Source: an uncultured Candidatus Binatia bacterium
GTDB lineage: Bacteria > Desulfobacterota > Binatia > UBA9968 > JAJDTQ01
Direction of reading: 5' to 3'
Length of the DNA stretch: 64,000 bases
NCBI GenBank assembly: GCA_964291295.2
Contig: OZ219754.1
Span: 640,001-704,000, forward strand
The notes beneath the pieces are model-generated. The model made no database searches. It was not told where the DNA came from and was given only the letters and a program-made list of their open reading frames with translations. Both the position numbers and the translations under genes were made by a program. Positions 51,920-59,869 of this stretch are shown one piece after another. Numbering within the stretch: position 1 is the stretch's first letter; each line of letters starts with the position of its first letter.

Positions 51920-54298
51920 GTGCCGACCTTGGCTCCCGCCCCGGCGGCGGTCGAGAAGCACACGGCGGCCCGGAGGGTCGTCGTGGCAACCGCTCTGGCC
52001 CTGCTGGCGGCCTGCAGCGGCGGTGGGGATGGTGGGTCCGGCCCCGCGGCTCCTGACCCCGCGGTGCCGCGCCCGCCTGTCGCTCCGCGTCCACCCGCGG
52101 CATCCGACCCGGCGCATCATCTCCGCACACCCCGTTTCACGACACATCAGCCCGTCGTGCTGGAACAGATCGGCGCGCACCATGCCTACGCCAGGGGTCT
52201 GACCGGCAGGGGCGTACGCATCGGCATCGACGATACCATCGTCGACTATACGCAGACCGCTGAATTCGGGAGCCGGGTGAAGCTGCGCGCCGCGGATGGC
52301 GCGGCACTGTTCTACCCGCATCCGCTCGGCGACGAGCCGTTCAGCGACGTGGACCGTTGCCGCAGAAACAGCGCATGCCGAATCTGGCGAGAAAACAGCC
52401 AGGGCGACGATGAAGCCTACAATCGTTGGGTCCGACGGATCGTCAGCGAAGACGGCTGGCCCACGCGGGATGATACGTACTTCTTTGTCGACGAACACTT
52501 CAGCCAGGACGGTTCCATCGGCGAATTCAATCGATGGCGGGAAGTCCCGACGCCTTACGGCGCGAGAGGAGGTCATGGAACCATAGTCGCTTCGGTGGCA
52601 GCCGGGACCCGCCTGGGCGTGGCGCCGGAAGCCACGATCATCCCCATTGCAAGGAATCTGACGAATGATCAAACCGCGGACAGAGAGACGGAGAGGGCGC
52701 TGCAATACTGGATAACGACACTGTCGATCGCAGCGCGCCGGGAGATGGACGACCGGCTGGCGCGCGAGACACGGGCCAACTACGCAAAGTTCGACATCAT
52801 CAACAGATCCTATGGACGGCGCATTTCATCCCTTGCCATCATCAACAGCATCCAGACCGCGGAATGGTACCGAACCTACCTGCCGAAGACCCTGGAGGCC
52901 ATGTGGCAGACTGACAGACCCGATGCCGACAAGACCATTGTCGTCTACGCCGCAGGCAATGACGGCGACTCCTTCCCGGGCTTGGGCGCCGGGCTGCCCT
53001 ATGGCTTCCCGGCGTTGCGCGGGCATTCCCTTGCGGTGGTGGCCACGGACCCGCGAACCGGGCGCATCGCGAGCTATTCCACCCGGTGCGGCCCGCTCCC
53101 GTCGAACTGGGACGCCGCAAGGCACGGACGGCACTATTGCCTTGCCGCGCCCGGCACCGTGAATGGACTCGTGCCCAATCCGAACAGCGCCGGGAACGGC
53201 GACGTGCGCAGTGGGCTGAATGGCACCAGCTACGCCGCGCCCGTGGTCTCCGGCGCCCTCGCCCTGCTGAAGGAACACTTCCGGGGGACCCGGGGAAACA
53301 CGGCCATCGTGAAGCGGATGATCGATACGGCGAATCGGAGCGGAGCGTATGCCGACCTGGAGACATACGGTGCCGGCCACCTGGATATCGCGGCCGCGTT
53401 GACACCGGTCGGTGCGCTGAATGCCGGGCAGTCGGCGCGGGCGCTCCGCCGGACCACGCTTCAGGTTCCCGCCGCTTATGGCTCGGTCTCGGCGCGCGTC
53501 GCCAACATCGAACTGGCGGCGTTCGACGCGCAGAACTTCCCGTTCTGGATTCCCCTCTCCGGGCTGGTCACCGCGCGGCCCGGCGGACGCTCCCCGATCC
53601 CCTACGCGCCGCCGCGGGGTCGGATCGACTCCCCGGCCACCGGGCTCGGCGTTCTCGGTCTGCGCTGGGCAGCGCTGGAAGACTCCGAAGGTCCGCCGTC
53701 CGCGGATGATCGGGAATGGGTCATGGGTATCGGTCCGACATCGGCAAGCCTCGCCCGTCTGCCGCGGGATGATTCCTGGGGATACGGCCTCAGCTTCGAC
53801 AACGAAGGATACCTCGGGTCACGGACCACCGGGGCGTTCGGATCGGACCTTCGCTCCGGCATGGTCTGGACTTCCCGTGCCTTCGAACAAGATATCGGCG
53901 CTGGCTGGATGCTGAACGCCAAGGGGACGTTCGCGCTGGGCCTGCCGCAATACGAAGACGGCGCCCTGTTCTCGGCATCGTCCTCCGTGATGTCCGCCAT
54001 GTCCATGCGGATCGGCACCGAAAGCACGGGGCTCCATGTCGAGCAGCCGCTGCGCGCCGAGTCGGGCACCGGTACGTTCCGTGTGGAGAACGGGCGGGTG
54101 GATAACGGACGACGACGGTACGATGTCTATCGCGTGCCCCTGCGCCCGGATGCACGAGAGGTGCGCATCGCCCTGCGTCACGAGCGACAAGCCCTCGGCG
54201 GCCATATCGCGGTGGACGTCGGCCATTCGATGAATGCCGGCCATGTGCCGGGAGAACACGAAACCAGCATCGGCATCGCCGGGCGCGCAGCCTGGTGA
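51920..54298 (+). CDS. S8 subtilisin-family peptidase, lipoprotein with probable C-terminal beta-barrel
   Basis: LLAAC lipobox, GIDD, GHGT, AAGN, GTSYAAP; amphipathic C-terminus ending in W; start placed at GTG 51920. Confidence 0.88.
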   Translation: MPTLAPAPAAVEKHTAARRVVVATALALLAACSGGGDGGSGPAAPDPAVPRPPVAPRPPAASDPAHHLRTPRFTTHQPVVLEQIGAHHAYARGLTGRGVRIGIDDTIVDYTQTAEFGSRVKLRAADGAALFYPHPLGDEPFSDVDRCRRNSACRIWRENSQGDDEAYNRWVRRIVSEDGWPTRDDTYFFVDEHFSQDGSIGEFNRWREVPTPYGARGGHGTIVASVAAGTRLGVAPEATIIPIARNLTNDQTADRETERALQYWITTLSIAARREMDDRLARETRANYAKFDIINRSYGRRISSLAIINSIQTAEWYRTYLPKTLEAMWQTDRPDADKTIVVYAAGNDGDSFPGLGAGLPYGFPALRGHSLAVVATDPRTGRIASYSTRCGPLPSNWDAARHGRHYCLAAPGTVNGLVPNPNSAGNGDVRSGLNGTSYAAPVVSGALALLKEHFRGTRGNTAIVKRMIDTANRSGAYADLETYGAGHLDIAAALTPVGALNAGQSARALRRTTLQVPAAYGSVSARVANIELAAFDAQNFPFWIPLSGLVTARPGGRSPIPYAPPRGRIDSPATGLGVLGLRWAALEDSEGPPSADDREWVMGIGPTSASLARLPRDDSWGYGLSFDNEGYLGSRTTGAFGSDLRSGMVWTSRAFEQDIGAGWMLNAKGTFALGLPQYEDGALFSASSSVMSAMSMRIGTESTGLHVEQPLRAESGTGTFRVENGRVDNGRRRYDVYRVPLRPDAREVRIALRHERQALGGHIAVDVGHSMNAGHVPGEHETSIGIAGRAAW

Positions 54299-54410
54299 CC
54301 TCCGGGTGAACCGCATCCGCGCCTGGGCACCGCACCATGACAGGGGAAAGGCCCACGCACTCCGTTGACCGATCCGCACCCAGGTTCCGGCGCGGCGAAG
54401 GGAAAGATCG

Positions 54411-55973
54411 ATGACCCGCCGCCGTCTTCCGATCGGGATCCAGAGCTTCCGGCGCCTCCGGGAGACCGACAGCTACTATGTCGACAAGACTGCACTCATC
54501 CGGGATCTGGTGGAGCAGAGTGACCATTATTTCCTGTCCCGTCCGCGCCGCTTCGGCAAGAGCCTGCTGCTCGACACGCTGGGGTCGCTGTTCGCCTGTC
54601 ACGAGCCGCTGTTCCGGGGACTGGAGATCCATCCGCACTGGGACTGGTCCTCGCCGCATCCGGTGGTGCGGCTGAGCTTCGACGGGAAATACAACGAACC
54701 CGGGGACATCGAACGCAACATCCTGACACAACTTGAACTGATCGAACGCAATGCCGGTCTCTCGCCCGCTTCCTGCAGGACCGGACCCGAACGCCTTCTC
54801 AACCTTCTCGACCGCCTCCACAGTGCCACCGGCCGGCAGGTGGTGGTACTGGTGGACGAGTACGACAAGCCCATCCTCGACGTGCTCCACGACCCCGAGC
54901 TTGCGACGGCCAACCGGGACTACCTGCGCGGCTTCTACGGCATCGTCAAAGGCAGTGCCGCGCATGTCCGCTTCGTCTTTGTCACCGGTGTCAGCATGTT
55001 CTCCAAGGTCAGCCTGTTCTCGGGGCTCAACAATCTGAAGGACATCAGCCTCGATCCGCGCTTCGCCACCGTCTGCGGCTACCGGGACGAGGATCTGGAC
55101 CGGGTGTTCGGCCCCGAACTCGCCGGACTGGACCGGGACCAGATCCGCACTTGGTACAACGGCTACCACTGGCGGGGCGGGGAGCGGGTCTACAACCCCT
55201 ACGATGTACTCCTGCTGCTCGACAGCCGCGAGTTCCGTCCCTTCTGGTTCGAGACCGGCTCTCCGAACTTCCTGTTCCGGATGCTGATGGAGAAGTCCGT
55301 GAGCCCGATGGAACTGGAGGGTCGGCTGGCGGACATGTCATTGGTCTCGAAGTTCGATGTCGGTGACATCGACATCGAGGCGCTGCTCTTCCAGACCGGC
55401 TACCTGACCATCGCGGAGGAAGAAAAGGATGGCTTCGACACTCTCTACCGGCTGGACTATCCCAACCTTGAGGTCCGGCTCAGCCTGAACCGCGGATTGC
55501 TCGCCTGGCTGGGGAAAAAGGGCGCCGAGCCGCTGGAGCGGGGCCGGGAGTTCTGCGCGCTCCTGGAAGCCAACGACTTCACGGGCTTCGGCGAGACGCT
55601 CCGCGCCTGGTTGTCGGGAATCCCCTACCAGTGGCATGCCAAGGGCGACCTGTCCCGCTACGAGGCCTGGTATGCGAGCCTTCTCTACATGTGCCTGCGC
55701 GCGGTCGGGGTGGACCTGAGCGTGGAGGAAGCCTCGCATCGCGGCCGTGCGGACATGGTACTGCGTCTCGGCGGGCAGATCTTCATACTGGAGTTCAAGA
55801 TGGCCGAGAGCGAGGACGATGGCGCAGCCGCGCTCGATGCGGCAATGGCGCAGATGCGCGAGCGGGGCTATGCGGAGACCTACCGCGGCCACGACGGTCC
55901 AGTTCACCTGATCGGCGTGGCCTGCGGGCGCGAGGCGCGCAACCTCCTCGACATCCGCGCCCAACCCGCATGA
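54411..55973 (+). CDS. AAA-ATPase-like protein with C-terminal PD-(D/E)XK nuclease domain
   Basis: LPIGIQSF, YVDKT, SRPRRFGKSL, DEYDKP, WYNGY, GRADM..ILEFK. Confidence 0.92.
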   Translation: MTRRRLPIGIQSFRRLRETDSYYVDKTALIRDLVEQSDHYFLSRPRRFGKSLLLDTLGSLFACHEPLFRGLEIHPHWDWSSPHPVVRLSFDGKYNEPGDIERNILTQLELIERNAGLSPASCRTGPERLLNLLDRLHSATGRQVVVLVDEYDKPILDVLHDPELATANRDYLRGFYGIVKGSAAHVRFVFVTGVSMFSKVSLFSGLNNLKDISLDPRFATVCGYRDEDLDRVFGPELAGLDRDQIRTWYNGYHWRGGERVYNPYDVLLLLDSREFRPFWFETGSPNFLFRMLMEKSVSPMELEGRLADMSLVSKFDVGDIDIEALLFQTGYLTIAEEEKDGFDTLYRLDYPNLEVRLSLNRGLLAWLGKKGAEPLERGREFCALLEANDFTGFGETLRAWLSGIPYQWHAKGDLSRYEAWYASLLYMCLRAVGVDLSVEEASHRGRADMVLRLGGQIFILEFKMAESEDDGAAALDAAMAQMRERGYAETYRGHDGPVHLIGVACGREARNLLDIRAQPA

Positions 55974-56007
55974 ACGGCGCCGGTTGCAGGCGCTTCCGGC
56001 TCGGGAG

Positions 56008-56081
56008 CCGGGCAGAGGAGGGGGTCGTTGCCGAGCCCCTCCCCCACAGAACCGGACGTGCCCGCATCAGGGCACCCGGTC
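56008..56081 (-). other. Group II intron domain V/VI-like remnant
   Basis: Minus strand GACCGGGTGCCCTGATGCGGGCACGTCCGGTTCTGTGGGGGAGGGGCTCGGCAACGACCCCCTCCTCTGCCCGG resembles the DV (GCACGTCCGGTTCTG) and DVI (GGCAAC loop) consensus. Confidence 0.6.
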
Positions 56082-56711
56082 GCCGTAGAATGCTGACCGG
56101 AAATCCGTACCTGACACATATCCGACGACGCCCTGCTGTTCGGAGCCGCCGAACTGACCGAAACCGCTATAGGTTCTCGACACCCGGCCTCCGGTTTCGG
56201 TCGGAACGGACACGGTCGCGCGTGGTGCAAATCTGCCATTCGTGACGGAAGCACGGGCAAAAGATATCGAGGAGGCCACGCCTTGAATATCTATGTCGGA
56301 ATAAACAAGCGTCGCAAAGACGTCGTCCCCGGCGATGGTCACGTTGATTCTTGCGTTCCCGCTGTCTTGCCCATCAAGATAATCGTTGAGCGAATACCTG
56401 CCAGACCATTTCCCCGACCAGGTTCCCGCAACCGTGGGCTGGTGCATTGGCGAAGAAGCCGTGATCGTCGGATTGCTGCCGTCTGCGTCAAATTGAGCTC
56501 TCAATGCGTATTCCGTGTGTTCAAATCCTACAGCAATACTGCCCTGCGATATAACACTCCACTCTCCCAAATCGTCCATGCCGATACCGGCGCTGGGACC
56601 GCCACCACCACTGCCACCACTGCCACCGCAACCCCCAATTATCAAGCTCATCACCAGAATGACTGAGAGCCAAGCCAGATTCTTTGCAGCTGAGAACACC
56701 GCAGATGTCAT
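56067..56711 (-). CDS. Surface lipoprotein with TbpB-like beta-barrel end
   Basis: AGGAGG RBS, hydrophobic leader + IGGC, Gly/Ser linker, C-terminal GQFGG..GVVG..FRSAFYGDR; visibly more AT-rich than flanks. Confidence 0.7.
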   Translation of the reverse strand: MTSAVFSAAKNLAWLSVILVMSLIIGGCGGSGGSGGGGPSAGIGMDDLGEWSVISQGSIAVGFEHTEYALRAQFDADGSNPTITASSPMHQPTVAGTWSGKWSGRYSLNDYLDGQDSGNARINVTIAGDDVFATLVYSDIDIQGVASSISFARASVTNGRFAPRATVSVPTETGGRVSRTYSGFGQFGGSEQQGVVGYVSGTDFRSAFYGDRVP

Positions 56712-57070
56712 GGAATCTCCTCCTGTTGGTAACGGACAAGTCAGAATTCGGAAGCGTGGATACGGACGACATACGGAAATGATCGCCGTCTTTGCTTTAC
56801 CAATGAGAAGATCGTCGATGGCGGAGAACGGGTTCTCGCCCAGAGTCGTGCGACCCCGGTCGTCTGACGTGAAGGAGCTTCGGTCCTGAAGCAACGGTGC
56901 CCGATGGCGTCGTTGCGGCGGGCGGTGGCCGCCCGGTTTCCCGTGGTGATGGCGAAATTTGGGGGAAGGGGGTCTGGTGCGCCTGCGTGGCCGGCCGCGT
57001 TCAGGCGACGGAAGATCGTCCCGGGGTCATCCGCCGGCTCGGGCCAGCGGCCGGATTCCTGAATTCTGTG

Positions 57071-57098
57071 TGTGTAAGGGGGGGGGGGGGGGGTACAA
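57071..57098 (-). promoter_or_regulatory. C16 tract between -35-like TTGTAC and -10-like TACACA, upstream of the lipoprotein gene
   Basis: G16 at 57078-57093; 16-nt spacer; about 360 nt from the ATG, so the promoter role is uncertain. Confidence 0.4.
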
Positions 57099-57286
57099 AG
57101 AGGTCGCGAGCGCGAGGCACTCATGTTCCGGCCGAACGACCGCAGCAGACTGCACATCGCAACGTCGCCCAGCGTCTCCGTCATGCCTTCACCCTCCCGT
57201 ACCGCAGGACCGCCACCGCATCAATGACGGCAGAACCGCAACTTCCAAAGGGTGCTTATAGCCCAGATTGAATCCGAATGCAAGCG

Positions 57287-59744
57287 CTAGGCCTACCCAT
57301 GCCCCACAAGTGATGCGAGAGTAAAGAGGGTGGCCGTTGTTTTCACGTTATCTGCTCCATCATGAGTTGGTATCCGATGCACCATTCAACGAGGGTGGCG
57401 TGACCCCGCCATATCACCATTGTTCCCGGGGGTGGTCCACGGGTGCGATGGATATGACCGCCGATCCGCGCCAGGGTGAGGATGGCGGTGGCCAGGGTAT
57501 CGGGAGGGGCGTAGCGCTGTCGCGCGGCGAAGGCCTTCAGCGCCTTGATTTCGAGTTCGGAGAACAGGATGTCGGGTGACAGGTCCGGATGATCGCGTCC
57601 GAGCAGTGTCATCAGGTGAATGCGCCATGCGATGACAAGGTTGATGGCGACGGCCCGGGCGAGGCGGTCGGCTGAGCGGTTTTCGAGTTCCTCGACCTTG
57701 CAACCGGACTTCAGGATCCGGTGCCAGTCCTGGATCCGCCAGCGCCGGGCGTAGTACCCGACCAGGGTCCTGCAGTCCTCCAGGGTGTCGGTGGGAAGGG
57801 TGGTGAACAGCAGCCAGCGGATGGGGAGGGCATCGGCGGGCGTACGCTCCTCCTCCACCATCACCGCCTGCAGGCGGATCGGCGGTTTGCCCTGATTCTT
57901 GGGGCTCGTGGGTGCGAGTTCCACCGTCTGGGCGCGCACCGTCAGGGTGGCGCAGCGCGCCGTGCGGGCGGCCTTGGCCGGGCGCTTGCTTCGCTTGGGC
58001 CGTGGGGTCAGCCGGTCCAAGGCGACGATCAGGGTGCCGAGGACCGGGGCCGCCTGCAGGGCCTTCCGCACCGATGTGGCCGGGCCGGTGGCGCCGTAGG
58101 CATGGACAGCGGCCACCCGGCGGGTCTGCTTGCCTCGCACCAGGATGTCGGCGTCCGGGTGCGCCTGTTGCGTCTCGAAGACCTCGAAGGCGTCCGCCTC
58201 CCGATCCATCACGCAGACCACCCGGCCCTCCGGGAGGTCCCGGCCCAGCGCGGCACAGTTCCGGTACCCTTCGAGCCAGCGTCCGGTCTTGCTCGGTTCG
58301 GGTGTCCTCGGCTCGTCCTTGGCCGGCGGTGCATCAAAACGGGCCCCGACAACCCCCAGCGGCAGGCCGCTCGGGGTCACCGCCAGTGTCGAATGCAGAT
58401 GCAGGCCCCGTGAAACGGCGCCGGTCTGGTTGACACCGATGACCCCGAGCCCCTCGCAGCCCGGACGCGATGCAAAGTTCAGGTCCGTGCCGTCCTGGAT
58501 GCACAGCACCACCGGCTCGGCCCGCATGCGCTCCCGCGTGCGGGCACGGTGCGGCTCCAGGATGGCCGCCGGCGTCACCGCGGTCCTGTGGGGCTGGTCG
58601 ATGAACCGGTAGTACCCCTTGATCTCGGCCCGGTTGCCGCTCGCGGCCTGCGGAAAGGACCCCATCGGTCGTGCTCCCTTCAACTGCGCAATCGCCACCA
58701 GACGGGCGCTCAGACGGGCATCGCCGAACGCCGCGCCGCCCAACTCCGCCCCGGCCCAGGACGGCCCGTCAAGACCCTCCGCCGGGTCCAGCCTGAGGGT
58801 GTCCGCCGGGGGCGGTGAGACACCCAGGCGGGTGCGCCAGTCACCCACCAGTTCATGGATATAGACCGCCTTGCCCCCCACCGCCACAGCGTGGCCACCG
58901 TCCTGCCGACCCCGGCCCGCAGTCTCGCCCAGCCACCGCCAGTTGCCGGCCCGCAGGCTGGCCCCACCATGGGGCGGCGACACGAAGGTCTCCATGAGCC
59001 ATGGCGCGAAACCATAGCGCGCGGCAAAATCCGCCCCGAAGCGGCGCAGAAGCTGTCCCAGCACATGCGACGCCAAGTTGCGGCAGCGCACGTCCGACCG
59101 GATCAGGAACCGGGGCAAACCCACCACCCGGTGCAGATGCTGCCGCCGCGTCGCCGCGTCCCAGCCGATCCAGCGGTCCCGCACCGCAAGCTGCAGGGCC
59201 GATGCCGCCACCCCCATGGCCCCGAGCCAGCCGTGTTCCGACCCCAGCAAATACCGCATCTGCCGCCCCACCAGCGGCCCGGCCCCCTGCGGATGCTCGT
59301 GCTCCATCAGTCCCTGCCAGATCTCCCGCTGTGCCGGATCCACAACCGCAACCAGCGCCAGACCCCGAACCTCACCGACCTCCGCCGGAACCCCCCGTGC
59401 CGGCGCCACCGGCGACGACCGGCGCCGCCGGACACAACTCCCACCGGGCGTTCGCCGGGCCGGAAGCCGGATCTGCCCGGCCCGCTCCAGAGCCCGCAGG
59501 GCGGACAGGCAGGTGGCGACCTGAGGCTGCCCCCGGCCATCGCGGAAACCGAAATCAGCACACAGACGTTCGGCAAGCGCCGTGCGATGCGGAAGGCCCC
59601 CCGCATCCAGAAGCTCGGTGATATGATGCACCGACCCACGCTGCGCAAGCTGGTGCCGGATCTGGTGCTGAACATCCATGCCGACACCGTAGCACCGCCC
59701 GAATCAAATGTTCAGCATCACTTGTGGGGCATGGGTAGGGGTAG
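57287..59744 (-). mobile_element. IS4-family insertion sequence, 2458 bp, 30-bp TIRs, no target-site duplication
   Basis: ctaggcctacccatgccccacaagtgatgc (57287-57316) versus inverted ctacccctacccatgccccacaagtgatgc (59715-59744), 28/30 match. Confidence 0.9.
57343..59679 (-). CDS. IS4 (Tn5-like) transposase with N-terminal DUF4338-like domain; catalytic Glu replaced by Gln
   Basis: FGDARLSARL, IQDGTDLNF, MDREAD, YARRWRIQDWHRILKSGC, LARIGG..PPG..VIWRG; N-terminal RFLI..NLAS, ETFV, NWRWLGETAGRGR. Confidence 0.9.
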   Translation of the reverse strand: MDVQHQIRHQLAQRGSVHHITELLDAGGLPHRTALAERLCADFGFRDGRGQPQVATCLSALRALERAGQIRLPARRTPGGSCVRRRRSSPVAPARGVPAEVGEVRGLALVAVVDPAQREIWQGLMEHEHPQGAGPLVGRQMRYLLGSEHGWLGAMGVAASALQLAVRDRWIGWDAATRRQHLHRVVGLPRFLIRSDVRCRNLASHVLGQLLRRFGADFAARYGFAPWLMETFVSPPHGGASLRAGNWRWLGETAGRGRQDGGHAVAVGGKAVYIHELVGDWRTRLGVSPPPADTLRLDPAEGLDGPSWAGAELGGAAFGDARLSARLVAIAQLKGARPMGSFPQAASGNRAEIKGYYRFIDQPHRTAVTPAAILEPHRARTRERMRAEPVVLCIQDGTDLNFASRPGCEGLGVIGVNQTGAVSRGLHLHSTLAVTPSGLPLGVVGARFDAPPAKDEPRTPEPSKTGRWLEGYRNCAALGRDLPEGRVVCVMDREADAFEVFETQQAHPDADILVRGKQTRRVAAVHAYGATGPATSVRKALQAAPVLGTLIVALDRLTPRPKRSKRPAKAARTARCATLTVRAQTVELAPTSPKNQGKPPIRLQAVMVEEERTPADALPIRWLLFTTLPTDTLEDCRTLVGYYARRWRIQDWHRILKSGCKVEELENRSADRLARAVAINLVIAWRIHLMTLLGRDHPDLSPDILFSELEIKALKAFAARQRYAPPDTLATAILTLARIGGHIHRTRGPPPGTMVIWRGHATLVEWCIGYQLMMEQIT

Positions 59745-59777
59745 TCTTGTTCAATGCAAAAAACATTGGACAAGGCC

Positions 59778-59811
59778 TTGACTTGAGGGGGGGGGGGGGG
59801 GGGAGTATATG
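59778..59811 (+). promoter_or_regulatory. Putative RTX promoter with a G17 tract
   Basis: TTGACTTGA-G17(59787-59803)-AG-TATATG; TTGAGG to TATATG spacer is 17 nt, TTGACT spacer 22 nt. Confidence 0.55.
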
Positions 59812-59869
59812 TCAGTGTCAGCGTGACGGATGGTTTGGAGAGGGTGGCTTACAGACAGGAGGATTTGCG

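Noticed and set aside
57343-59679. Druantia defence system
   Set aside because: The DUF4338-like domain is fused to a transposase inside TIRs; no other dru genes recognised
27230-59744. Freshly inserted composite transposon bounded by the two outer IS ends
   Set aside because: Both outer ends are the same IS end with the same flank in inverted orientation, not a direct target duplication; this fits duplication of IS plus flank
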